DNA from: an uncultured Actinomycetota bacterium | GTDB taxonomy: Bacteria > Actinomycetota > Actinomycetes > JAHEKZ01 | Assembly (NCBI GenBank): GCA_963829525.1 | Contig: CAWHIJ010000003.1 | Location: forward strand, 1 to 64,000 | Direction: 5' to 3' | Length of the DNA: 64,000 nt | Shown here: positions 51,615 to 61,742 of the stretch, one piece after another | Numbering within the stretch: position 1 is the first letter of the stretch | How the letters are laid out: the number at the start of each line of letters is the position of its first letter | Notes under the pieces: generated by a model | Told to the model about the DNA's origin: nothing | The model's database searches: none | The model's input: only the letters and a program-made list of their open reading frames with translations | Program-made: the position numbers and the translations under genes

Positions 51615-53018
51615 GTGCACGGACGTCGGTGGCGCATGCTCGCGGCGTCGACCTGCGCCGCGCTGACGCTTCTCATGCTGCAGCCGATGACCGCCAACGC
51701 TGTCGTCGACACCACGCCACCCAACCCGCCGACGATCACCGGCCCCAGCGGACGCGTCGCATCGACGAGCGCCAACATCTCCGTGACGCGCGCTGATCCC
51801 TCCGACACCGTGCAGTGTTTTGTCGACGGCGAAGAGGTGAACTGCCCCGGGTCGTGGACGATCACCGGACTTGTCGAAGGCCCTCATGCCGTCACAGCGA
51901 CGGCATACGACGCCGCGAACAACGCGTCGAAAACCGTCTACGTCTCGTGGGTGGTCGACACCGTCGGGCCGGTCGGAACCACGATCGCACCGAACGGACT
52001 CAGCAACCCCGCGACGGTCAGCTTCGACGAAGACGTCGCCGGCACGACGGCGTCGTCGGTGCGACTCGTGACGGATGCGGGCAGCCCCGTGACTACAACG
52101 CGATCGTGCATCACGAACACACTCGAGCCGACGCCATGCTCCGCAACGAATGTGCGCAAGGTTCGCCTGACGCCGGAAGAGGGATGGGTGCTCGGTGAGC
52201 GATACCGCGTACTCGTCAACCCGGGCGGATCGGCAACGGTAGCCGATGACCTGGGCAACGTCGCTGCGGCCACGGACGCCCCATTCCGCGTGCAGACCTG
52301 GACCGAGGAGCTCGGCGCCACGTACACCTGGCGCCCGGTCAGCAACGTCAATGCGCGGGGTGGTTCCTACCTCGTCGAACACCGCCGAGGTGCGAGTGCC
52401 AAGTGGACGTTCAGCGGCGGCTCGCTGACCTGGGTGACCATGACCGGGCCTTCCCACGGCAAGGCCGAGGTGTACATCGACGGCACGCTGCGTGGCAGCT
52501 ACAACAACTACAGCGCGCGGACGCAGTTCGGCGTCAAGCGGACGCTGACCGGTCTCGGCTCGGGAAACCACACCGTCGAGGTGCGCGCCCTCGGCAAGAA
52601 GGGAGCGCGTGCCGGAACCGGCACGCTGGTCGCGGTGGACGGCTTCGTCACCGAGGGCGGCAGCGTTGCCACACCGGTCGTCTCCCAGGCATGGCAGCGC
52701 ATCGCGAACGCTGGAGCATCCAACGGCTACTACGCGGTCGCCGACCTCGCGGGCCAGACCGCAACGCTTCAGTTCCGCGGCACCTCGGTGACGCTGGACA
52801 CCGTCCGCGGTCCACGGTTCGGCAACGTAGCCCTCTACGTTGACGGCGACCTGGCGACCACCGCCGACCTGTACGCGTCCAGCGTCAGCTACGGCCACCA
52901 GGTGACGGTCCCTGGCCTCTCCGACGCGCGGCACACCCTCGAGGTGCGAGTTCTCGGCACCAGGACACCCGCGTCCGCCGGCACCAGTGTCGTCGTGGAT
53001 CGGGTCAGCGTCGGCTGA
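51615..53018 (+). CDS. Secreted Ig-like protein with two C-terminal beta-sandwich (CBM-like) repeats
   Basis: Signal peptide, DTTPP, SFDEDV, twice GP..G...YIDG/YVDG..HT.EV..LG. Confidence 0.72.
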   Translation: MHGRRWRMLAASTCAALTLLMLQPMTANAVVDTTPPNPPTITGPSGRVASTSANISVTRADPSDTVQCFVDGEEVNCPGSWTITGLVEGPHAVTATAYDAANNASKTVYVSWVVDTVGPVGTTIAPNGLSNPATVSFDEDVAGTTASSVRLVTDAGSPVTTTRSCITNTLEPTPCSATNVRKVRLTPEEGWVLGERYRVLVNPGGSATVADDLGNVAAATDAPFRVQTWTEELGATYTWRPVSNVNARGGSYLVEHRRGASAKWTFSGGSLTWVTMTGPSHGKAEVYIDGTLRGSYNNYSARTQFGVKRTLTGLGSGNHTVEVRALGKKGARAGTGTLVAVDGFVTEGGSVATPVVSQAWQRIANAGASNGYYAVADLAGQTATLQFRGTSVTLDTVRGPRFGNVALYVDGDLATTADLYASSVSYGHQVTVPGLSDARHTLEVRVLGTRTPASAGTSVVVDRVSVG

Positions 53019-53132
53019 CACAGCGACCCCAGAAGACGGTTTCATCCTTTTAGCCGATCAGCGCTGCCCCCAGGGTGCCGATACAGATTCCGGGACAGGG
53101 CTGCCCGTCGGAGATTCCGACGTGCCTGGGGA

Positions 53133-55557
53133 ATGGACGTCGTCATGGGATACATCAAGCGCGGGCTGACCGCGGTGATCGCGCTGAGTGTGCTCGTAGC
53201 CACCGGCGGAACTGCCCTCGCGGCCCCGCCTCCTGCCGCTCCCACGATCACCACCAAGCCGGCTGCCTTCGTCAACACCACGACCGCAACCTTCGCCTGG
53301 ACGTACTCCAACGCCAGCGCAACCTTCCTCTGCGCGCGCGACGGCGCCAAGGCCACCGCCTGCACGTCACCGGTGACGTACACCGGCCTCGCAGCTGGCG
53401 CACACAAGTTCACCGTGCAAGCCGTCGTCCCTGGCGCAAAGAAGGGACGCGTCGCGACGGTCAACTGGACCATCGACCTGACGCCCCCGAACGCGCCCAC
53501 CGTCTCGCAGCCGGCGACGCCGACCACCTCACAGTCTGCGTCCATCTCGTTCAGCAGCACGTCTACCGGCGTCACCTACAAGTGCTCGCTCGACGGCGCC
53601 GCCTTCGCCACCTGCACCAGCCCGCGCTCGCTCTCGAGCCTCACCGAGGGCTTGCACACCTTCGCCGTCAAAGCCGTCGACCTTGCCGGCAACGAGAGCG
53701 GCCCCAGGTCAGTGGTGTGGAAGGTGGACCGGTCAGCAGCGACGCCGTTCGTCACGTCAGGACCACCATCGACCAGCACCGGCACGGTCAGCTTCGCCTT
53801 CGACAGCGCCGACACCGATGTTGCGTCCTACCAGTGCTCGATGGACTCCACCGTCACCTACACCACCTGCACGTCGCCGAAGACCTTCCCCCCGCTCGGC
53901 AACGGCAGCCACACCTTCCGGGTCAAGGCGACGGACGCGCTTGGCAACGTCTCGAGCCCGGCCGTCTACACCTGGAACGTCCTGAACCCTCCGCCCATCG
54001 CGCTGGCGTGGAGCGATCCGAGCGGTCTGCCTGCGGCGGTGACGAGCGCAACCACGGGGACGTTCGCTTTCACGGCCACCGGCCAGAGCACGCTGACCTG
54101 TCGCCTCGACGGCGTCGACCAAGCAACGTGCACGAGCCCTGAGTCGGTGAACTCGCTCGCGGACGGTACGCACACCTTCGCGGTCGTGGCCAACGCTGGC
54201 CTCGGTAGCCAGGTCGTGCTCAGCGACACCTGGGTGGTCGACACCGTGGCGCCGGATGCACCCGTGATCACCGGTCCTGACGCGCGCACGTCCTCGACCG
54301 ACGCGGTCATCACAGTCCTTCCCGGCGACCCCAACGACGTGATCACCTGCACGGTCGACGGCACGCCAGCCGCGTGTGCGGCCGCGATCAACCTGAGCGG
54401 TCTTACCGAAGACGCCCCACAACGTCACGGCAACGGCCACCGACGCCGCAGGCAACACCGCCGAGACCCAGTTCGACTGGACCATCGACCTGACCGGCCC
54501 TGTCGCGACTCCCGCCGCACCCACGACACTCACCTCACCATTCGTCGTGACCTTCGACGAGGACGTCACCGGTGTCGACACCGCCTCGGTGGTGCTCGCA
54601 GACGAGGCCGGAGTCGCGGTTCAGTCGACGCAGACCTGCCTCACCGTCGCCGCCGCCGTCACCGACTGCAGCAACACCGACGTGCGCAGCGTGAAGCTCG
54701 CGGCGTCCAGCAAGGTGCTGCTTGGTCAGTACTACCGCGTCCAGGTGAACCCGGTCGGCAGCGAGCTGGTGACCGACGACCTGGGCAACGTCGCCGGCAC
54801 CGTCGACGACCTGCTGCGCGCACCGACGACAGCCAGTGAGTCGTCGCTCGGCGCGACGTTCACCTGGCGCAAGGTCGTCGACAAGAAGGCCAAGGGTGGC
54901 TCGTACTTCAGCGAGCACCGCAAGGGCGCGCGCGCCTCGTGGACGTTCTCCGGCAAGTCAGTGGGATGGCTCACTGTGACGGGCCCGAGCTACGGCAAGG
55001 CTGACGTGTACATCGACGGCAAGCGCAAGAGCACCGTCAACAACTACACCAAGACCGTCAAGCACGGTGTCACCCGCACGGTGAAGGGGCTGGCGAAGGG
55101 CACCCACACGATCGAGATCCGCGTGCTCGGGAAGAAGGGTGCCAAGGCGGGCAAGGGAACCTTCGTCGCGATCGACGGCTTCAAGGTGGGCAGCAAGGTC
55201 ACCGCAACGCCGTCGCTGACCAAGGTGGCGTGGCAAAAGGTGTCGAGCAAAGCAGCAAGCAACGGCACCTACGTCATCGCCGACCTCAAGGGACAGACGA
55301 TGAAGGCCAGCGTGCGTGGCACGTCGGTGGTGCTGCGCGGCGCGCGCGGACCTGCGTACGGCAAGGTCGGCCTCTACGTCGACGGCAAGCTGGTCAAGTC
55401 CGTTGACCTGTATGCGAAGTCCGTCAAGTTCGGAACCGTTGCTTCGGTGACCGGGTTGACCGACGCCAAGCACACCGTGCTGGTGAAGGTGCTCGGCAGC
55501 AAGAACAAGAAGTCCAAGAGCACCGCAATCGTGGTCGACGGTCTGTCGGTCGGCTGA
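53133..55557 (+). CDS. Larger secreted paralogue with about five Ig-like repeats and Lys-rich C-terminal repeats; frameshift near 54415
   Basis: Repeated C.LDG...CTSP....L..G.HTF.V; C-terminal part collinear with 51615..53018. Confidence 0.75.
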
Positions 55558-55621
55558 GCGGGCGAGCGATCCGGTCGCGTTGCCAGAGCGACGCTGACGA
55601 CCGGCGCGCTACCGTGACGCC

Positions 55622-56191
55622 ATGGCAGACGACACCTGGCAGCCTCCCCCTTGGGAGCCGCCTATCGCAGGCACCGAAGCCGAGCATCTCGTCGGTGCGC
55701 TCGACCGGCTGCGCACGACCTTTCGCTGGAAGGCCGACCGCCTCGATGCGGCAGGGTTGCACACCCGCATCGGCGCGTCCTCACTGACGCTCGGCGGCCT
55801 GCTCAAGCACCTCGCGTTTGTTGAGGACTACACCTTGAACACCAAGTTCAAGGGCGAGTCACCGGGGCCACCGTGGGAAACGGTCGACTGGGACAACGTC
55901 GACGACGACTGGGTCTTCGCCTCGGCTGACGACGACAGCCCCGCGAAGCTCTACGCGCTGTGGGACGGTGCCGTCGACCGCTCTCGCGCGAAGCTGGACG
56001 CGGCCCTGGCCGACGGCGGGCTCGACCAGCTCGCCCACATCTCTGGGCCCGACGGCGTCCATGCGAGCCTGCGCCGACTCGTCTGCGACCTCATCGAGGA
56101 GTACGGCCGGCACACCGGTCACGCCGACCTGCTGCGCGAGGCAGTGGACGGCCGGGTCGGCGAGGACCCCCCGGAGGACTGGCGCGCCTAA
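55622..56191 (+). CDS. DinB/DUF664 family protein
   Basis: LTLGGLLKHLA.VE, IEEYGRHTGHADLLREAVDG. Confidence 0.88.
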   Translation: MADDTWQPPPWEPPIAGTEAEHLVGALDRLRTTFRWKADRLDAAGLHTRIGASSLTLGGLLKHLAFVEDYTLNTKFKGESPGPPWETVDWDNVDDDWVFASADDDSPAKLYALWDGAVDRSRAKLDAALADGGLDQLAHISGPDGVHASLRRLVCDLIEEYGRHTGHADLLREAVDGRVGEDPPEDWRA

Positions 56192-56196
56192 CGGAT

Positions 56197-56230
56197 GGCG
56201 TCAACCGGTCACCCACTCGGCGGGCTTGGG
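56197..56230. repeat. Single degenerate copy of the 32-bp repeat family
   Basis: GGCGTCAACC-N7-CACTCGGCGGGC.TGGG matches reverse complement of 59783 unit with same spacing. Confidence 0.6.
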
Positions 56231-56236
56231 GTTGGG

Positions 56237-58319
56237 TCAGCTGTGGCCGGGATCGACGGGCGGGCCAGCCTCGTGGTCGACGGCCCCACCTAGTTCGGCC
56301 ACCTGCACCTGCTCGTAAGGAGCGGTCAGCGGGTCGAGGGCGGCCCGTGGCGTCGGCGGCGTCCACGCTGCTTGGGCTGGCGAGAACTCCTCACCAACGG
56401 GGACCTCGTCGATCGCCGAAAACTGAGTGTCGAGTGAGTGTCGAGCGGGGTGTCGTCATCGAGGCCGAACCGGGCGCCTGACGCCGTGTCGGCCGGAAGC
56501 AGGTCGACCCTGGGCGGGGCATGGACGTGGCCGCGAATCACCTCTGCGAGCGGAACGCCAGCCGATCCCCCGATCACCTTTTCGTCGGCGGCGACCACGG
56601 AGGTGAGCGTCGGCTCGTCGGACTTGGTCTTCGACCGTGCCGCCAGCGGCGTCCGGCAGAACCGTGCGAGCCGCAGACGCGTGCACCGTCGCGCTGGCCG
56701 CTGGCCGAGGCGCAGGTGCTTCCCCTTCCGTTGGTAGCGCAGCCGTTGCTGGCGCCGCCTTCGCAGTCGCAGACTCCACCGGTGCCTTGGCGGGAGGCTC
56801 GACCGGTGACTCGACAGCTGGCTCACCTGGTGGCTTGGCTCCAGGAACCTTGCCGACGGGGAACGTTGGCGTCGGCGACCCGTTGACTCCCGGCATCCCA
56901 CCGAAGCCGGCGGGGATGACAGGGGCGTGGTCCTCGAACTTGCTGCGCGTCTCGGTGGCTCGGTAGTCGTACTGGTAGCCGTAGCCGTAGCGGTGTGAGT
57001 CCGGTCCGCGCGGCGGCGCCATGTTGAGCACCAGGCCGAGGATCTTTCCACCCACCGATCTCGATGCTCTGCTCGGCGGTGCGCAGCTGCTCGCGCCGCG
57101 TCTTGCCGGTGGCGATCACCACCAGCGCACCGCCGGACAGGCGCGTCAGCACCGCAGCGTCGGTGACCGGCAGCAGCGGCGGAGCGTCGATGATCAGCGT
57201 CGCACGCTTCTCGAGGTGGTTGACGAGGTCAGACATCGCCTGGCTGCCGAGCAGCTCAGACGGGTTCGGGGGCAGCGGCCCTGACGCCATCACCCAGAGG
57301 TTGCCGGTGGCGCCCCACGGCTGCAGCACCTCGTCGACCGTTGCGCGTCCGACGAGGACGTCGGTCAGGCCGGCACCGCCTTCGATGTGGAGGTAGTCGG
57401 CAACCTTCGGACGACGCAGGTCGGCCTCGATCAGGAAGACCGGTTGGCCGGTCTGCGCGATGGTGATCGCGAGGTTGATCGCCGTCGTCGTCTTGCCTTC
57501 GCGCGGCACCGAGCTGGTGATGACGATCGACTTGGGCCGGTGGTCGATGTCGACGAACTGCAAGTTGGTGCGCACCTGACGGAACGACTCCGAGCGCTTG
57601 CTCTGTCCCTGCGCGTCAGTGAGCAGCGGCTTCTTCTCGGCCTCTGCCTCGAACCCGATCACGCCGAGCAGCGGATGCTCGAAGTGCTTGGTGAGCGCCT
57701 CGATCGACTTGATGCGGGTGTCGAGGGTCTCGAGCAGCACCGCAGCACCCACACCAACGGCCAGCCCGACGAGGAACCCGAGCGCGAGGTTGATCATCGT
57801 GCGCGGCGAGGACGGCGACGTCGGCAGCGGGGCTTTGTCGGTCGTGCTGACCTTGACCAGTGGTACCCCACCCGCGCCCGGTTGCTCCAGCTTGGCAACC
57901 TGGGCCCCCAGCGCGTCGGCCGTCGAGTTGGCGATCGACTGCGCGAGCGCAGGGTTGGCGTCGGTGGCCGAGATCTCCAGCGAGACAGTGTCGATGGGGT
58001 TGTTGAGTTCAACCTTCCCGGCAAGCTGGGTAGGTGTGAGCGGTAGTCCGAGATCTTCGATGACCGCAGCCATCACGTCGTCGGAGGTGCCGATACCGAC
58101 GTAGGACTTCACTCGGTCCTGCGCGAAGAGGTTTCCCTGAAGTGCTGTTCCGACCGACGGGTCGCCGCCGTTGACCGAGACGAAGGTGGTTGCCGTCGTC
58201 GTGTACATCGGCGTGGCCAGCATCGAGGCCAACGCCGCAGCCATGACACCGAGGAGCGTGGTCGCCAGGATGAGGCGCCAACGAGCCCGCAGGATGTCTA
58301 TGTAGTCACGCAGATCCAC
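56237..58319 (-). CDS. wzc: Polysaccharide tyrosine autokinase (Wzc-like), copy 2, with long Pro/Ala-rich tail; frameshifts from about 57055
   Basis: DLRDYIDILRARW, ESFRQVRTNL, SSVPREGKTT, EADLRRP, IDAPPLLPVTDA, YGYGYQYDY; 3-prime end uncertain. Confidence 0.82.
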
Positions 58320-58455
58320 AGCGAGTGACCTTCCGATTGCAGAGCGTACCGACCCCTGGCGGCGCGGGGATGCGCCGTCAGCAACATGCAGGAGCGCCGC
58401 CGCCGAAATCGGGGGCTCCCCCTCCATGATGGCCTATTAGCGCCGAAATTGGGAT

Positions 58456-58803
58456 GTGACGCATGTGACAGGAGTGACGGATGGGGCGCGAGTGCGCTTC
58501 CGGCGTCCGGAATGGGTCGCGCACGTCATCGACGAGACAGCCGAACCGCCGCGGGCGGTGCTGCTGCACCTGCCGTCCGGGAAGCGGACCGGCCTGTCCG
58601 AAACCGCCACCCGCATCTGGCAGGAGATCGTCGCATCCGGCACCGAGGGCGTTTCCGTGAGCGCTATCGCCGCGATCGTGGCCCCCGAGTACAGCGCGGA
58701 CCCTGCGATCATCGCGCACGATGTCGTCGCGCTGCTGAACGACATGGTCGCCGGTGAGTGGGTCGAGATCGTTCCGGAGCACGCGGGGGGTGGGCAGGGA
58801 TGA
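58456..58803 (+). CDS. PqqD/RRE family protein
   Basis: VLLHLPSGKRTGLSETATRIWQEI..YSAD..DVVALLNDM. Confidence 0.72.
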   Translation: MTHVTGVTDGARVRFRRPEWVAHVIDETAEPPRAVLLHLPSGKRTGLSETATRIWQEIVASGTEGVSVSAIAAIVAPEYSADPAIIAHDVVALLNDMVAGEWVEIVPEHAGGGQG

Positions 58804-59771
58804 GGCGCGGAGCCGTTACCGGGGGAATCGTCGGAGTGCTCGCTCTGGGAACCACCCTGCTCGTGGTGCTGGCGTTGCGACCCGCCCAGACCCAAGTGGC
58901 TCCCGTCGACCCGTTCGAGATGGGGGCGGTGGCCGCCCGCGGCAACACGATCTGGCGCTGGGCTGGGCCTGCCGACTGCAACGTCGACGCGGACGCCGTG
59001 CAGATCGAGCGCAGCGTCGACGGCGGCGAATGGATCCCCAGCCCGATGCCGCTCGCCAACGTCTACGGGATCTCGTTCGCCGACGACGAGGCGGGCGTCG
59101 CGACCGGAACGACCAGCGAGTGCACCCGCGGCGTCGCCGTCACCAAAGACGGCGGCCGCACCTGGATCGCACGCAAGGCCAACCCGGTCCTGCTCGACGC
59201 CTGGTACGAGGGCAACATCATCTGGGGCATCGAAGGGACCATCGGGCAACCGGTGCTGGCTGCGTACGAGGTGGACACGCGCCTTCGCTTGCAACCGGTC
59301 AAGGGCATCAGCTCCATCCAGCCGTGCGACGCCGCCGACGGCGTCCCCGATCAGATCGGCTACTGGAACGACACAACTGGCCTGCTCTTCTGCGAGAACG
59401 ACGTCGTGGGGTCGCGGTTGGTTGCGCGCACCACCAACCAGGGCAAGAACTTCGAGCGGCTGGCCGACGACCGCCCTGCGACCGGGCTCGATGGTGGCGG
59501 GTCGGTGCTCGACATGGACGTCGCCGGCTCCGAGACCGTGTGGCTGCAGATCACCTCAGAAGCCGGCTGCAGCGAGGGGCAGCTTCGGGTGAGCGACAGT
59601 CAGGGTGCGGTCTTCGACCGGCTGCCGTGCCCGTCGAAGTCGGTGGACATCAACGAGGTGCTCGACGTGGCTTTCACGAGTGAGACCAACGGCGTCATGC
59701 TGGCGCTGCTCGACCGGGAACCGGTCATGTACGTGACCAAAGACGGCGGCGCATCCTGGAAGACCCCGTAA
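58800..59771 (+). CDS. Membrane-anchored BNR/Asp-box repeat beta-propeller protein
   Basis: SVDGGEW, TKDGGRTW, TTNQGKNF, SDSQGAVF, TKDGGASW; ATGA overlap with PqqD gene. Confidence 0.72.
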   Translation: MRRGAVTGGIVGVLALGTTLLVVLALRPAQTQVAPVDPFEMGAVAARGNTIWRWAGPADCNVDADAVQIERSVDGGEWIPSPMPLANVYGISFADDEAGVATGTTSECTRGVAVTKDGGRTWIARKANPVLLDAWYEGNIIWGIEGTIGQPVLAAYEVDTRLRLQPVKGISSIQPCDAADGVPDQIGYWNDTTGLLFCENDVVGSRLVARTTNQGKNFERLADDRPATGLDGGGSVLDMDVAGSETVWLQITSEAGCSEGQLRVSDSQGAVFDRLPCPSKSVDINEVLDVAFTSETNGVMLALLDREPVMYVTKDGGASWKTP

Positions 59772-59778
59772 CCCCTAC

Positions 59779-59887
59779 GGCTCGCCGAGTGCACACCAGG
59801 TTGACGCCCACGCCCGCCGAGTGCACACCAGGTTGACGCCCACGCCCGCCGAGTGCACACCAGGTTGACGCCCACGCCCGCCGAGTG
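59779..59887. repeat. Left array, 3 exact 32-bp units plus partial (CGCCGAGTGCACACCAGGTTGACGCCCACGCC)
   Basis: Units at 59783, 59815, 59847, partial 59879. Confidence 0.92.
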
Positions 59888-59984
59888 TGTGGATGCCAGT
59901 TTGTCCACAGCTCAGGAACCTCGCATTGTCCCCACATGGGACCGGCCCGCCACGGCCCGGCAGAAACTTCACCATTGTCGGTCC

Positions 59985-60911
59985 ATGTTTCCTTCCAGCC
60001 CCTTCACAAGACCTGAGGCGCTCGACTCCGGTTTCGGCGAACGCGAGTGGCGCACTCACGCCGAGGCCGGACTCGTGCGCGAGGTCATCCCCGGCTTCTT
60101 TGTCGACGCCGCATTACCAGACACCCTCGAGCTCCGACTCGCCATCACCCGCCGTGCCATACCTCCCGGCGTCGTGGTGGCTCGTCGTGCTGCCGCCTGG
60201 CTGCACGGGCTTGACGTCCTCGACTACCGCGGCTTTCCTGCCACGCCGAAGATCGAGGTGGCAACGCGTGCGAGACGAGACCGACCACGCAACCAACTGA
60301 TGCTGGCTCATGTCGCCGATGACCTTCTGCCGTCAGACGTCACCGAGATCGACGGAATCCAGGTGACAACCCCGCTCCGGACGGCGGCCGATCTCGCCCG
60401 GTTCTCTCCCCGCCCCGACTCCCTCGTCTGCGTTGATGCCTTCCTGCACAAAGGGCTCTTCTCTCTGGAGCAGTTCGAGAAGAGCCTGGTGCGTTGGCGA
60501 GGACGACGCGGTGTCCGACAGGCCTATGAGATTGCCGGGATCGCCGACGCCCGGAGCGAGTCCGGCGGTGAGTCGCGCCTTCGTTTGCGGGTGATCGACA
60601 TGGGTCTGCCACGTCCAGAGCTGCAGATCCCGGTCTACGACCTCTTCGGGAATGTGCGCTTCTACCTCGACCTCGGCTGGCCGCACTGGCGGCTCGCGCT
60701 CGAATACGACGGTGAGGAGTTCCACGGAGAAGAAGCGACGGAGCACGACCTTGCACGTCGCAAATGGATCAGAGAGCGCGGATGGACGGTAAAGGCATAT
60801 CGCAAAGAAGACATCTTCACGTCATCGCAGCACTTCGAACACGAAGTTATGGCCCTGGTTAAAAAGTCGCAGGGCTGGGCGACAACAGGATTCCGTGCAC
60901 TCGACACCTGA
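59985..60911 (+). CDS. AbiEi-like N-terminus plus DUF559/Vsr-like endonuclease domain protein
   Basis: AAAWLHG, VTTPLRTAADLAR, SESGGESRLR, P.PELQ, DLGW..LALEYDG..FH, RGWTV. Confidence 0.85.
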   Translation: MFPSSPFTRPEALDSGFGEREWRTHAEAGLVREVIPGFFVDAALPDTLELRLAITRRAIPPGVVVARRAAAWLHGLDVLDYRGFPATPKIEVATRARRDRPRNQLMLAHVADDLLPSDVTEIDGIQVTTPLRTAADLARFSPRPDSLVCVDAFLHKGLFSLEQFEKSLVRWRGRRGVRQAYEIAGIADARSESGGESRLRLRVIDMGLPRPELQIPVYDLFGNVRFYLDLGWPHWRLALEYDGEEFHGEEATEHDLARRKWIRERGWTVKAYRKEDIFTSSQHFEHEVMALVKKSQGWATTGFRALDT

Positions 60912-60975
60912 TGCCGTCAACCTGATGTGCACTCGGCGAGCCGGGGCCGTCAACCTGATGTGCACTCGGCGAGCC
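60895..60975. repeat. Right array, 2.5 units of 32-33 bp, inverted relative to left array
   Basis: GTGCACTCG..CGTCAACCTGAT units at 60895, 60927, 60960; gene stop lies inside first unit. Confidence 0.9.
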
Positions 60976-61000
60976 CGGGGCTTGCCCGTGTGCATGTCGG

Positions 61001-61612
61001 TCAGTGCGAGCTGCTGCGGCGACGCCGGGTGGCGATCACCAACAGGAAGCCTGCGCCCAACAGAACCGCTGCCACCAGAACGGTGCCGGCGATCTCGCTA
61101 CCGGTGCGCGGAAGGCCGCCACCGAGGAACGGGACGCCCCCGGCGTTGGCGTCGGCGTTGTCACCGGAGCCGGAGCCCGTGCCACCATCGTTGCCACCGT
61201 CAGAGACGGGGACGACGTCTTCACTTTTCGCGGTCACCGTGATGTCGGCCGCGAGAGAAAGATCCTCGCCGGTGTCGGAGGTGCCCGACATCGTCACGCG
61301 GTTGACGCCGGCAACGGTGAACGTCACGGAGGTAGTGGCGATGCCGCGGCTGTTGGCCTTGGCACTCGACGTACCCACCGACGAGCCATCGACGCTGACG
61401 TCGACGGCTACTGGCGAGCCGGCACGGAAGGTCTGTGCGGTGAGCCTGACGGAGCTGCCGATTGTCGCGGTGTAAGTGTCCGCGGAGATCTTGTAGAACT
61501 TCGGCGGGTAGTCCGGCTGTGCGTTCGCCGAGCCCATCCCCATCGGCACCGCCAGAACAGCAGCGGTGGCGAGAACGGACATGCTGCGACGCAGTGTCTT
61601 GGTGCCGAACAC
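61001..61612 (-). CDS. Sortase-anchored surface protein (LPRTG)
   Basis: Signal peptide, LPRTG, hydrophobic segment, RRRR tail. Confidence 0.82.
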   Translation of the reverse strand: MFGTKTLRRSMSVLATAAVLAVPMGMGSANAQPDYPPKFYKISADTYTATIGSSVRLTAQTFRAGSPVAVDVSVDGSSVGTSSAKANSRGIATTSVTFTVAGVNRVTMSGTSDTGEDLSLAADITVTAKSEDVVPVSDGGNDGGTGSGSGDNADANAGGVPFLGGGLPRTGSEIAGTVLVAAVLLGAGFLLVIATRRRRSSSH

Positions 61613-61742
61613 CCCGCACCCCCATCTTGTGACAACCCCAGGGCGGAAGTCCCCGAGCGTTCGTAATTTGGCACGACACCGACCGATCAGCCGGCTCCGT
61701 GCATCAGCGTGCCTAGCCTAGCGGCATTTGGGCGGTTTGCTG

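Larger units (their letters stand above)
59779..60975. mobile_element. Candidate selfish element: DUF559 nuclease gene between inverted 32-bp repeat arrays
   Basis: Outer 28 bp form a terminal inverted repeat with one mismatch; single internal gene; no target-site duplication seen. Confidence 0.55.

Noticed and set aside
50588-58803. Lasso peptide or PQQ biosynthesis cluster
   Set aside because: No lasso cyclase, B2 peptidase, short precursor or pqqBCE in the window
59779-59887. CRISPR array (32-bp repeats beside a nuclease)
   Set aside because: Units are directly adjacent with no spacers; no cas genes
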